The notes below the pieces were generated by a model. The model was not told the DNA's origin and made no database searches. It saw nothing but the letters and a program-made list of their open reading frames with translations. DNA of 46,866 nucleotides, taken from NCBI GenBank assembly GCA_963844035.1, contig CAWJMT010000034.1, forward strand, positions 1 through 46,866, in the 5' to 3' direction. Source of the DNA: an uncultured Gemmatimonadales bacterium (GTDB lineage Bacteria; Gemmatimonadota; Gemmatimonadetes; Gemmatimonadales; GWC2-71-9). This document shows positions 1 through 11,600 of the stretch, in pieces. The translations under genes and the position numbers were made by a program. Positions within the stretch are counted from its first letter, which is position 1; the number at the start of each line of letters is the position of its first letter.

Positions 1-312
1 CAGCCAATCGCCGCGGACCATCGTCGAAGCGGCTCAAACCTCGGTCCAACCCCATTGCCAAATCGCAAGCCAACGTCCGATCCGAAAGAACGCCGCCCAC
101 TGGGATGCGCACTTGGGCGAGCCTGGACGGCAAGTTTACGGTCGCCGCGAGATTGAAATCGTTCGACGGCGCCGAGGCGCTGACTCGAGAAGAAAGATGG
201 CAGGACGATTCGCGTGCCGATTGAAAAACTTTCCAACAAAGATCAAAAGTTCGTCGATCGGTGGCAGCATGCGTCTGCCGACTCGGAAGACGCGGCGATT
301 GTCGGCAAATAG
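1..312 (+). CDS. SHD1-domain protein, C-terminal part (5' end outside window; one apparent frameshift)
   Basis: Manual translation from ~105 gives [53 protein letters not shown], the SHD1 pattern common in Planctomycetes. Stop TAG at 310-312. Confidence 0.75.
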
Positions 313-316
313 CAAG

Positions 317-2378
317 TCAATGCACCCGCTGCCCGGGACTGCGCCGGAGTCGGGGGAGAGTAGATAGACTTCTTTGCCGCCGGGGCCGCCGGCGGTGACC
401 ATGCCTTCGCTGAGGCCGAACTTCATCTTCCGCGGGGCGAGGTTGGCGACGCAGATCACCAGCCGGCCGACGAGGTCTTCGGGCTTGTAGGCCCCCTTGA
501 TGCCGGCGAACACCGTGCGGGTGCTGTCGCCGCCGAGGCTGAGCGTGAGCTTCAGCAGCTTCTTGGCCTCGGCACGTCTTCGGCCGCGATGACCCGGGCC
601 ACGCGGAGATCGACCTTGGCGAAGTCGTCGATCGTGCACTCGGCGAGCGGCTCGGCGGCGAGGGCGTCGCCGCGAATCGTTCCGTTGCGGACGAGGCGCG
701 CCGCTCGCTGAAGCGAGCTCGCCGGGCGTCGGCTGGTTTGCTGGCTTCGATCATCGCTTCGACGTCCTTTTCTTCGACCCGTTGCATCATGTGCTCGAAC
801 TTGCCGACCGGCGTGCCCACCAGCGGCGTCTGCGATTCGTCCCAGTGCTGGATCGGCTCGCCGAGCAGAGCTCGCCGGTCTGCTCGGCCAGCCGCGGCAG
901 CACCGGCGCCAGGTAGACGACCAACTGGCGGAACAGGTTCAGGCCGATGGTGCAGACGTCCTGCAGCTCGCCGGCGCGGGCCGGGTCCTTGCGGAGCTCC
1001 CAGGGCTTGCGCTCTTCGACGTACTGGTTGGCCCGGTCGGCGAGCGCCATGATCAGCCGCATCGCCCGGCTGTAGTCGCAGGCTTCGTAGGCCTCGGCGA
1101 TCTCCTCGCCGTCGGCGGCGGCCTGCGGCGAACAGCCCGCCGTCGTCGGGATAGTTCGTGCGACAGGCCCGTCGTCTCGACGAACTTCGCCGTGCGGCTG
1201 GCCAGGTTCACCACCTTGCCCACCAGGTCGGCGTTGACCTTGGCGACGAACTCGTCGAAGTTCAGATCGAGGTCGTCGACGCGCGGACGAGAGCTTCGAG
1301 GCGTAGTAGTAGCGCAGGTACGCCGGGTCGAGATGCTCCAGGTACGTCGACGCGCGGACGAACGTCCCCTTGCTCTTCGACATCTTCTCGCCGTCGACGG
1401 TCAGGAAGCCGTGGATGTGGACCTTCGTCGGGCAGGCTGAAGCCGGCCGTCTTGAGCATGGCCGGCCAGAACAGCGTGTGGAAGTAGGTGATGTCCTTGC
1501 CGATGAAGTGGTGGATCTCGGTCTCGCGGGCTGCGCCACCAGTCGTCGAACTTCTCGCCGTGCCGCTCGCACCACTGCCGCGTCGAGCCGATGTAGCCGA
1601 TCGGCGCGTCGAACCAGACGTACCAGTAGTTGCCCGGGCTGTCGGGAATCTCGAAGCCGAAGTACGGCGCCGGCCGCGAGACGTCCCAATCGCGCAGCGG
1701 CTCGCCGAGGAAGTGGCCCTTCAGGTAGTTGGCGACCTCGGGCTGCAGGTGCTCGCCGCGCTTGCGTCCACTCGTTCGAGAAAGCCGTGCAGCTGTCTCG
1801 ATGTTCGACGAACAGGTGGTCGGCCGTGCGGATCTCCGGCTTCGCTGCCGGAGAGCGTGCTCACCGGGTCGATCAGGTCGGTCGGGCTGTAGTGGCGGCC
1901 GCACTTGTCGCAGCTGTCGCCGTACTGGTCGGGCGACTTGCACTTCGGGCAGGTGCCCTTGACGAAGCGATCGGCCAGGAACGTGCCGGCCTGCGGCGTC
2001 GTAGAGCTGCGTCGACCTCCTGCTCTTCGACCAGCCCGGCCTTGCGCAGCGACGGCCCAAATCTCGTCGCAGAGCTCGCGGTTCTCCGGGCTGTTGGTGC
2101 TGCCGTAGTTGTCGAACTCGATGTCGAAGCCGGCGAAGTCGCGCCACGTGGGCCTGCTGCATCTCGGCGATCAGCTCCTCCTCGCTGACGCCCTCCTGCC
2201 GGGCGCGGATCATGATCGCCGTGCCGTGCGTGTCGTCGGCGCAGATGTAGACGCACCGCTGCCCGCGGAGCTTCTGGAAGCGGACCCAGATGTCGGTCTG
2301 GAGGTACTCGACCAGGTGGCCGATGTGGATGTGGCCGTTGGCGTAGGGCAGGGCGGTGGTGACGAGGATGCGGCGCAC
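317..2378 (-). CDS. metG: Methionyl-tRNA synthetase with C-terminal tRNA-binding domain (split by many frameshifts)
   Basis: Fragments: [20 protein letters not shown] (HIGH), [36 protein letters not shown] (KMSKS), [15 protein letters not shown]. Confidence 0.95.
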
Positions 2379-2842
2379 GATGGAAGGTGATTCGGTGGGG
2401 CGGGGGTGAATCGGAAGCTAAACCGCAAGCGGCAAATTGGCCGCTAGCAAGCGTAAAACCTTGGCGAATGTGGGCGATTGGGCCGTTATTGTAGCCCGCT
2501 CGGCGGGATAGCGGGAGGTCGAGACGGCCGGGCCGTGAGCTGGGGTTGAACGAATTCGGCAAACTCAGGGACATTACCCGCCCCGTGGCGTCTGTTTCGA
2601 ACCAAACAGGACAGACGCCTTAAGACCACCTTCGGTTCAGAGAAGATTGCGGAGCACGACAGGCGAATCGACTGACGGCCGCGCGACGCGATTCGGCAGG
2701 ATGCTGAAAAGTTCGCGCGAGCTCGATCCGCTCGACTGACGACTCCGCTGGGACGGCCCACCACATCGCACGCCGCTCGCCCGCAAGCGAGCACGGCGTG
2801 ACGATGCCGAACCGACTGACCACGCATCCAAGGAGGGATCGG

Positions 2843-4380
2843 ATGGTCAAGTTTGCGATTGCTGCACTACTAGTCGCCGCCGCGACGGCTACGAGTGCCC
2901 ACGGCAGCGACGTTCAATTGCTCGACTTCTCGTCGCCCTACTGCGGACCGTGCCAGTCGATGGTCCCGGTGATCCAGAGTCTCGAAGCGCGCCGGCTACC
3001 CGATCCGGCGCGTCGACACGACCCGCGAGCCGGCGTGGCACAGCAGTATCAGGTGACGCAGATCCCTTGCTTCATCATGCTCGTCGAAGGGCGCGAGACG
3101 GAACGCATCGTCGGCGCGACGGGGCAGGATCAGCTAGTCGAGATGTTTCAGCGGCGCGATGCGGCTGCGGACGCAGTCGCCGGACGTACGGTCGCAACCG
3201 GCTCAATCGCGCCGCAGGCGGTGACGCAGCCGGCTGCGACGCAAGCGGTGAATGATCCCTGGAGTGGGGTTGGTGCGGCGAGCGCGGCGACGCCAAATCC
3301 CGGGGGCGGGGACGCCCCGGCTCGCGAGGCGCGGCCGATGACGCACACGGCGCCGATCGGACCGCGCGAGCCTCTGCAGGATGCGTTTGCGAACGAACTG
3401 ATCGGCTCGAGCGTGCGACTGCGCGTCGACGACGCGACCGGCCACTCGTACGGCACGGGCACGATCATCGACTCGCGCAGCGGCGAAGCGCTCGTCATCA
3501 CCTGCGGCCATTTGTTCCGCGATTCGAAGGGCAAAGGCCCGGTGATGGTCGAGCTGTTCTCCGGCGACGCCGGACGGCGCGCGCGTCGTCGCGCAGGTGC
3601 CGGGCCAGATCATCGACTTCAACCTCGACCGCGACATCGGCCTGGTGAGCATTCGGCCGAACGGGCCGGTGCGCGTCGCGCCGATCGCGCCGACGCAAAC
3701 GATCATCGAGCGCGGCGAGCGGCTCACGAGCGTCGGTTGCGACCGCGGCGAGAATCCGACGGCGCTCGCCACGCGCGTGACCAATGTCGACCGCTACCAG
3801 GGACCGCCGAACATCGAAGCCAGCGGCGCCCCGATCGAGGGCCGCAGCGGCGGCGGGCTTGTTCAACTCGGCCGGCCAGCTGGTGGGCGTCTGCTTTGCC
3901 GCCGACTACGAAGGCAACGAAGGACTCTACACGGCGCTCGAATCGATCCACGACGAGCTGGATCGACTCAATTTGAGCGACATTTACCGCAAGCCGGGCG
4001 GCACGGCGCCGACTGCGAGCCCGTTGGCCGCAGCGCCGCCGGCGACCACCGCGACGCCGCCGATCGTCCGCGGCCAGGAGCCGATGCAGCCCGTGATGCC
4101 GCTGCCGGACCGCGACGGCCGCGACGCCGGCTGCGCTCGTGGCGGTCGACTCCGGCAACAGCCGCCGGCGGCGGCACCGGCCGGACTTGAATCCCGTCGA
4201 ACAGGCGGCATTCGAAGAGATCATGAGCCGTGCTACCGACTCGGAAGTCGTCTGCATCATTCGGCCGCGCGACCCGGCGGCAAGAGCGAAGTGATCACGC
4301 TCCAGCAGCGTCTCGCCGGAATTCGTGCGGGCGCTGGCCGAGCAGGTCGCGCGCCGCGCACGGCGACGACGACGCGCTAA
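2843..4380 (+). CDS. Secreted thioredoxin-domain + trypsin-like serine protease (frameshifted)
   Basis: AGGAGG RBS, signal peptide, FSSPYCGPC, then protease triad motifs ITCGHLF, DIGLV and GRSGGGL across ORFs 2798/3597/3784. Confidence 0.8.
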
Positions 4381-4542
4381 ATCGGCCGGCTTTCGCAGCG
4401 CTGACTCGATCGCTACTCGCGGCGCAAGCGGTCAAAGGCGTTCCAAATCGTCCTGCCGACGGCTCCGGCAGAGCCGTTCGTCGCGGCAGGTGAGGTACGG
4501 TTGTGTGTGATTTTGCACACCTCCGACCGGAATGGGCCGCAC

Positions 4543-5347
4543 ATGCTCTGGTACGTCGCGTTCATTGCCGCGATCAATTTGGGATTGGGCTATCTGTGGG
4601 GCGCGTACGTCCGGCCATGTCCCCGCTGTGCGAAGGCCCGCGCGATGGGGTTGTCGCTGCTTTCGCCGACCTCCGCGATGGAGACCGAAGTGCAAACCGA
4701 GCTCGCCGATGCCGACGACGGCGCCGCTTTCGCCGCGGCAGAACCTGCATCGCCCACAGCTCGCGCAGGTCGAAGCGTACCGAAACGTCGGACGCCATTC
4801 CGCTCGATCCGACCACGGGCCTGGTGACGCGGGAACACGCCGAGAAAATGTTGACGAAGCTGGCGGCTGCCGACGCGAGCCAGTCGCCGGTGACGGTCGC
4901 GCTGGTGGAGCTGGCGCCGATCGACTGGATCGGTCAAACGCCGATGCGGTGATCGACAAGCGACTGCGTGTGCGGCGTATCGAACATCGTGCGGCAGTCG
5001 CTCGCGGCGGATCATACGCTCGCACAGTTTTCGGAGCAGCAATTCTTGGTGTTGGTTCCGCAGCGAGGATCTACCAGCAGGTGACGCGGCGGGCCGAGGA
5101 ATTGCGGCAGCGCGTGGCAACGACGGAGTTCGTGGCCGACGGCCGCTCCTATCAGACGACGGTCACTTGCGCCTTGGCCGAAGTGTCGAGCGAGCAGGTC
5201 GGACCGCGGCTGTTCGGATTCCTGCAAGAAGCGCTCGACGAAGCGAAGCGCTACGGCGGCAATCGCACGTTCATGCACGACGGCAAATCGCCGTCGCCGG
5301 TGGTGCCGGCCGAGCTGCCAGTGACGCCGCAGCAATTGGCGATCTAG
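4543..5347 (+). CDS. Membrane-anchored degenerate GGDEF-domain protein (frameshifted)
   Basis: N-terminal TM; DPTTGL; LAQFSEQQFLVLV at the GGDEF position; AEELRQRVA...TVTCALA...ALDEAKRYGGNR C-terminal signature. Confidence 0.75.
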
Positions 5348-5354
5348 AGCAACT

Positions 5355-5379
5355 GGCTCGGCAGGAGCCTCACCCTCCC
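5355..5379. repeat. REP-like short palindromic element (GGCTCGGCAGGAGCCTCACCCTCCC)
   Basis: Lies between convergent genes and has a GGCTC/GAGCC stem. It resembles the dispersed element (reads REGEAPAEP on the minus strand) that I recall from planctomycete genomes. Single copy here. Confidence 0.5.
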
Positions 5380-5382
5380 GGT

Positions 5383-5849
5383 CTATTCTTCGACTTCGAA
5401 GATCGCGTCGATTTCGACGGCCCAGCCGGCGGGCAGCGACGGTGCGCCAAACGCGCTGCGGGCCGCGACGCCGGCGTCCGGCCCGAACACGTCGCGCATC
5501 ACTTCGCTGAAGCCGTTGATCACGGCCGGATGTTCGGTGAACGTCGGGTGTCGCCTGGACCAGGCCCATCGTTTTCACCAGGCGGCGAACGCGGTCGAGG
5601 CTGCCGCAGCGGTTGCGGAGCGTGGCGAGCGCCAAGCAGCGCGGTGCGGCGGGCCGCTTCGTAGCCGGCCTTCACGTCGAGGTCGTCGCCCAGCCGGCCG
5701 CAGATCGCGGTGCCGTCGACGCCGATCGGACCGTGGCCCGAAAGATAGGCCAGCGAGCCGACGATCACGACGGGTTTGTAGAGTCCCAGCGCCCGCGGAG
5801 GCGTCGGCAATTCGAGATTGAGTTCCTTGAGCCGGGCTTCGGCACTCAT
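5383..5849 (-). CDS. RidA/YjgF family protein (frameshifted)
   Basis: MSAEARLKELNLELP...AYLSGHGP, then SLDRVRRLVKTMGLV. C-terminal GARSAFG...VEIDAIFEVEE read across frames. Confidence 0.88.
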
Positions 5850-5909
5850 CGGTTGCTCCTCTCGCTCTATTCGGCAGTGGGACGGTCGTGTTCCACGCAG
5901 CCCATCAAG

Positions 5910-6311
5910 TCAGTTCTGCTTTTTACCGTAGACCGCGGCCGGATCAAAGACCCTCTCCGCGATGGTTTTGAGCCCTCCGGCCGTCGCCTCGCGGAAGAAA
6001 CAGGAGGCGTATCCTTCGTGGCAGGCGGCGCCGCCCACCTGGTCGACCAGGAGCAACACGGCGTCGCCGTCGCAGTCGACTCGGACCGAGCGGACGTGCT
6101 GGACGTTGCCGCTTTCTTCGCCCTTGCGCCAGAGCCGGCCGCGGCTGCGGCTGAAGTAGACGGCCCGGCCGGTGGCGAGCGTTTCTTCCCAGGCAGCGCG
6201 ATTCATGTGGGCGACCATCAGCACTTCGCGGGTCGCCGCGTCCTGAGCGACGGCGGTGACCAGGCCGTCGGGCCGGGAGAAGTCGGGAATCGCAGGTGGA
6301 GTGTTGGCCAT
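5910..6311 (-). CDS. hisI: Phosphoribosyl-AMP cyclohydrolase
   Basis: [34 protein letters not shown]. Confidence 0.96.
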   Translation of the reverse strand: MANTPPAIPDFSRPDGLVTAVAQDAATREVLMVAHMNRAAWEETLATGRAVYFSRSRGRLWRKGEESGNVQHVRSVRVDCDGDAVLLLVDQVGGAACHEGYASCFFREATAGGLKTIAERVFDPAAVYGKKQN

Positions 6312-6679
6312 GGAATACAGCGGTCCCCAAAAGCCGCATGCGGGTTCACTCTGGCGTCAGCATAACGGGCGGCCGAAATCGGTCGCTACCCGTCGTCGTG
6401 ATCGACCACTCGTACAACCGCTACAACGCGGTGACGACCGCGGCAGAAACGCTACACCCTGCTCTGGCTCGTGCGACCCTTGAGGATGGCAAGGGCCGCG
6501 TAAACCTCGCTCGACTTGGATCATTTCAGAAGCCTGGTCGAGTTCTCCGATTTAGGAAAGGACATGGCTTCTAGAAAAAGACATTGTTTCTGGCAGGACA
6601 TGGGCTTCTACAAATGGGGCGAGACCCGCCACCGGGAATCCACCAGGCACATCGCCGATCGCCAATCAAAGGAGCCATC

Positions 6680-7306
6680 GTGCCGAATAAATCGTTAACG
6701 ATCGTGCTGCCGGTGCACAACGGCGAATCGCGGCTCGCCGGCAGCGTCACCGAGATGCTGGAATTGGCCAGCGACTTGACGTCGCGCTTCTCGATCATGA
6801 TCGTCGACGACGGCTCGACGGACGACACTTCGGCGGTCGCCCACGAGCTCTCGACGCGCTATCCGCAGGTGACGCGTCCAGCGCCAACGGCAGCAGAGCG
6901 GCCTGGGACCGATCATCAGCATGGTCCGGCGGCGCGTCGATTCGGACGTGGTGATCGTGCACGATGGCGTGACGCCGATCGACGCGGTGCAAGTGCGCCG
7001 CCTGTGGCGTCAGACGCGACGCGCAGGCGTCGCCCGCGAAGCTCGCGACGAAGCGCGACATCAACGACCTGGCCGCAGTCCGCGCGACGCACAACGCGAT
7101 GGCGCTGGTGCACGGTCGCGTGATGGGCTTCCAATTGCTCGAGCCGATCGCGCAGGACGAGAAGTCGTCGCCAGCACCGCGCGCCCGCGACCAATCGGCC
7201 CGCGCCGCAGCCGCGGCCGAGCGATCGCACGGGCGTGGGCCAGATTCCGACGTTGCCGCGGCCCAATTTTCTCTCCGCGCTCGCCGAGTTCACGCTCGGC
7301 GAATAA
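6680..7306 (+). CDS. Glycosyltransferase family 2-like protein (short, frameshifted)
   Basis: AGGAG RBS + GTG; LTIVLPVHNGE and IMIVDDGSTDDT motifs. The stop at 7304-7306 is inferred across frameshifts. Confidence 0.7.
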
Positions 7307-7929
7307 CACGCGGGACAGCAAAACCACGTGTCCAGTCTGTCGCAGTCGAGTTGACGGTGCGGAATCGTCGCGGTCGCGCAACTGCGCTGTTCCGCTGCAA
7401 GAGGGTGAGCGATTTTGCTCAAGCACTTAACAGCGCCCGACAAATCGCTGCGCCGTTCTGCAACGTTCTGCAAACGCTTACAGCGCCGGGAGATACGCGA
7501 AAAAATCTTGCGACATTTCACTTGTCAGGCGCGACAATCCGACTTACCATAGCCGATGTTCAAGCGCGTGCGTACAAACAACGCGTGAAGTTAGTCGCGG
7601 ACCTGAACACAGCACTCTGGGCAGACACGCCCAGGGAGCACCCTTTTCAGCGACTCTGATTGCGACACGGAACATTTAGGCTTGTGTTAGAGTCTCCGCG
7701 GAGGACGCCCGCGGAGGGTTCGCGGCAGCATGAGATTCACCCGCACGGCACGCGGTGAAGGCTGCGCCATTCGAGGCATCTGACTGCCGACCCGCAGAAC
7801 TTGCATGGATTGTGGCGGCTGCCAGTGCGTAGATAGTGCGCGTAGGTAGTCTCGTCTTGCGGAACAGAGCTTCTCATCTTTTCTTAGGCGGTCGCTCTCG
7901 ACCCAACTCTTTCGAGAGGAGGTGGCGGT

Positions 7930-8477
7930 ATGAGTATCGCTCACAATTTCAGTAGCAGTATGGAAAACGGCTTCACCGGATCATCGGAAACGCATGTGCC
8001 TGTCGGCACGGCCAGCAACGTCCCTTGCATCGCATCGCCGACGCCCGGCGCCGGCAAGGTGTGTCGCTGCGCAGCGTGGCGCGGCGGTTGAACAAGTCGG
8101 CCGAACAGGTTCGCCGGCTCGAAGAACCCACCAGCGACATGCTCGTCTCGGAACTCTACGAGTGGCAACAGGCGCTCGAAGTGCCGATCGTCGACCTGCT
8201 GGTCGACAGCGACGCGCCGCTTTCGGAACCGGTGCTCACCCGGGCCCGGTTGCTGAAGATCATGAAAACCGTGCGGGCGATTCGCGAGACGACCAAGTGC
8301 GTCTCGATCGACCGCATGGCCAGCATGCTCGAGCAGCAACTGATCGAAGTCATGCCGGAGCTGAAAGAAGTTTCGGCCTGGCACTCGGTCGGACAGCGGC
8401 GCTCGCACGACGAATTGGGCCGCACGGCCGAACGCGTGATTCCCGATTCGTTCTTCACCGACGGCTCCAGTTACTAG
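7930..8477 (+). CDS. XRE-type helix-turn-helix regulator (one apparent frameshift near 8020)
   Basis: GAGGAGG RBS; LHRIADARRRQGVSLRSVARRLNKSAEQVRRLEE...ALEVPIVDLL. Confidence 0.78.
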
Positions 8478-8605
8478 CAGTTCACGATTTCTGCAGTTCA
8501 CGTCTCTGCCCGGCCCCGCGGACCAGTGCGGGGTGAACTCGACGTGCACACCAAGGCACGGCGCAAGCAACAACGCAACGCGACCCAGACCGGACGATGG
8601 CAAGA

Positions 8606-11600
8606 CTATCTTTGAGCTGACTTCAGAGTTTCGCCAGTTCCTCCGGAATCGAGCTCGGTTGGTTGGAGCTGTCGTGCCTTGGTGATTTTCTTTCGCGGAC
8701 GACTGCGCCGCGGCGAGCAAGAGCCAGGCTGACGCGCGGCGATCACGAGGCCGACGACGCTCGGCCGCAGCCAGGCCCAGGCGACAAGTCCCAGCACGAG
8801 GCCCGCCGCTTCCGGCCAATTCTCGGCCAATTGCTTGGCCGGAGGATTGCGGACGAGCCAGACGGCCGTCGCCGCCACCGCGGCCAGAGTCGCCAGCAGT
8901 ACGAAGCGCGTTTGGCCGTGGTCAATCCATCCGGCACGAACTCGACGAGGGCGTCGTTTTGATTGCCGTCCGAGATGAAGCAGACGCGGTCGTCCGTGCC
9001 GGCTCGGCATCCCGCCAGGGATCGAGGCTGGAAGTGCCGGTGGGTTGGGATTGGGAAGCGGTCCATTCCGTCGCGGCAAAGATCTCGGCGATTTGCTCGA
9101 TCCAGGCGTCGCAGCGGGTGACGGCGTCTGACGCCAGGTCGATCGTCTGCGGTACGCGGATTTCCTCGGTCGAACCAGCGGCCGAACGACGTAGCGAGTT
9201 GGCCACGCGCTGGACGTCTTCCAGGGAGTGCACCCAATCGGCAAACCAGCTACTACCATCGACGACCGGCGATTCGATCACCGAACGGGTCGCGGACTGC
9301 GAGATGCTGACCAGACGATCGAGCCGCGTGGCGGCCAGTTCGGCCGGCGTCACCAGGGCCCCGCCCGTGACGCGAGCCGATTCGCCGCGTCGAGCGATAT
9401 ACAGTGTCCACAGGCTGAATTCGACGGGGATTGGTTGTCCCGACTGCTCAAGCGCGGGCCGACGCATTTCGATCAACTGCGGCGAATCTTGAGATCGTTC
9501 GATCGTCCGCGTGACGACGTCGAGCGTTTGCGGCAGATTCGGCGGACCAAGCTGGACTTGCACTCTGCGCGGATCGAGCTGTGCGCGAGTGCTGGGTGGC
9601 CATCCAACGTGATTCGGACCAGCCGTTCGCCGGCCGGGAGCTTCACGACGCACTGGTCGAGCCCCTCGGGGGCGAGGACGAATCGCGTGAGGGTGAGCAT
9701 TCCGTCGGCTGAGCCAACATGGACGGCCGTTTCCGCCAGGCGGATGCTGGCGGAGGATGCACGGTTACCGCGCGGACGAAGCGTGACATTGATCGAGTCT
9801 GCGGTGATGCGAAAGGTCTCGTCCGGTAGTGGACTTGGCGAATTTGACCGTAGTCCGCGCGGCAGCTCAGCAGGTTCGATGCCACGGTGCGTCCAATCGG
9901 CGGGGTCCCCTTCAATGGAGTTCGGCAACGCCAGATAACTCGTGCGCGATCCGGAGTGGAGTAGCACGATTTGGGGCGCAGCGGGCATATCTCCATCGGC
10001 CAGCGCGAGTGGCGAACGGACTTTCAGCCTGATCGTGTCGCCGGGCCGCACCGACTGCGGCAATTGAATCGCGAGCGTCGATTTCCCGTCACTCCTGCCG
10101 GAGGCGACGACATTCGCTTTTGCCGCGGGCGTGACTGCAAACGGCCCAGCCCAATTTGACGGAATCTGCAGTCGCAGCGCGTCGAGCTCGCCGCGCTCGA
10201 CTCGGAGATCGCACTGGAAGGTCGCAGACCAGACGTCGTTTTCGCGGGTGACGCTCGTGAGTGTCTCGCCGGATACGGTGGGCTGATTCGGCTCGACGAG
10301 GAGGTATGCGTCGACGGTCGTCTGAGCGTCAACGTTATAGGCACGAATGAAGTGCGAATCCTCGCCGAAGGGCGTTGATTGCGTGGTGCTACTTTCCGGC
10401 CAGGAAACTCCGCCGGCGAACTGCCATTTAGCGAGCACATTTGAATCGCGATAGAGGGCAACGGTTTGCATGCTCTGCGGTTGGCCGGCCCACGTAATTC
10501 GCGGCAATCGCGTTCGGCCACTGGCGGCTGACGGCAGGCTACCGAATAGATGCAAACGGTAAGGACGGGAAGCAGCTCGCGCAAAAAAAGCGTCGAGCCG
10601 AGTTGGCGTGGAGCGGACCCAATCGAGTGGAATCGTTTCGCCGTCCGTCGTTGCCGTGAGACTGTGGACCGTCAGCTTTGCTGGCACGGAAAGCGACCAG
10701 CCAAAGCAGTCGGCACCCTGTGGTGAAACATCCGCGCGATAATCGATGCGAAATTGGTCCTTGCCGGCCGCGAGCGACAGCAGGTCCCGGCAAGTCGAAG
10801 ACTCCGCATGGGGCCGCACGTGGAGGAACCAATCCGCGTCAAGTCGGGCCGCGTCGAGAAGAATCTGCGGTGCCGGCACTCCGTTCGCACCCCATTCGTT
10901 GGCGAAGTCCGCTGGCGGGTTGGCGTTGGCGGGTTGTGGCCATGAAGGAATGCATTCGAACGCCGAGTCCCACCCAATCGCGAACCAGCGATTCTCCGCC
11001 TTCAGCGACAACAACTCCACGTTCGGCATCCGAATGCGACCGAGCGTCGATGAATCGCGCGCGCGAAAGCGCAACGTGAGCTTGCGATCGTTGTCGGTGG
11101 CGGGCGTCGGTCGAAAACGGAACACGCGCCGTCCGTCTGGCAAGTGTTGCAGGTCGTCTGCCGGCGGATTGGCATGCTCGGAAAGCGGTTCAAAGCCGGT
11201 GTCGACCGCGACGTCGATTGTCGGGGGCCATTCGGCGACGTTACTTACCAGAAACGTGGCGTCCAAGACGATTCCGTCTGGTTGAATGCGGAGCGTGCAA
11301 AGCTCGTTCACTCGATAATTGCGATCATTGCTTGCGGTCGCGAGACTGGCCGTCCAATTTGCGGTCAGGCGCCCCGCGGAATTCAAGTTGCCAAGCCACA
11401 CAGTCCGATTCGGTTCGTCGCGGCGGGAATATGTGATCAAGTCGCCCTGCAGTTCGTTGAGCGTCGCCGGTGTTGCGATCGACAGTCCGGCTCCCGTGAT
11501 CTGCGGGAGACTGAGGGCGAGCTGCTGCCGCCCGCCCACTTCTTCGAGTCGCGGAACGAACAAAATGGTCAGCCGGCTGTGTCCGGGCTCGGCGATGCGA

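Noticed and set aside
317..8477. Mass pseudogenisation or programmed frameshifting (metG etc.)
   Set aside because: metG is normally essential and the indels are scattered single bases, consistent with long-read consensus error.
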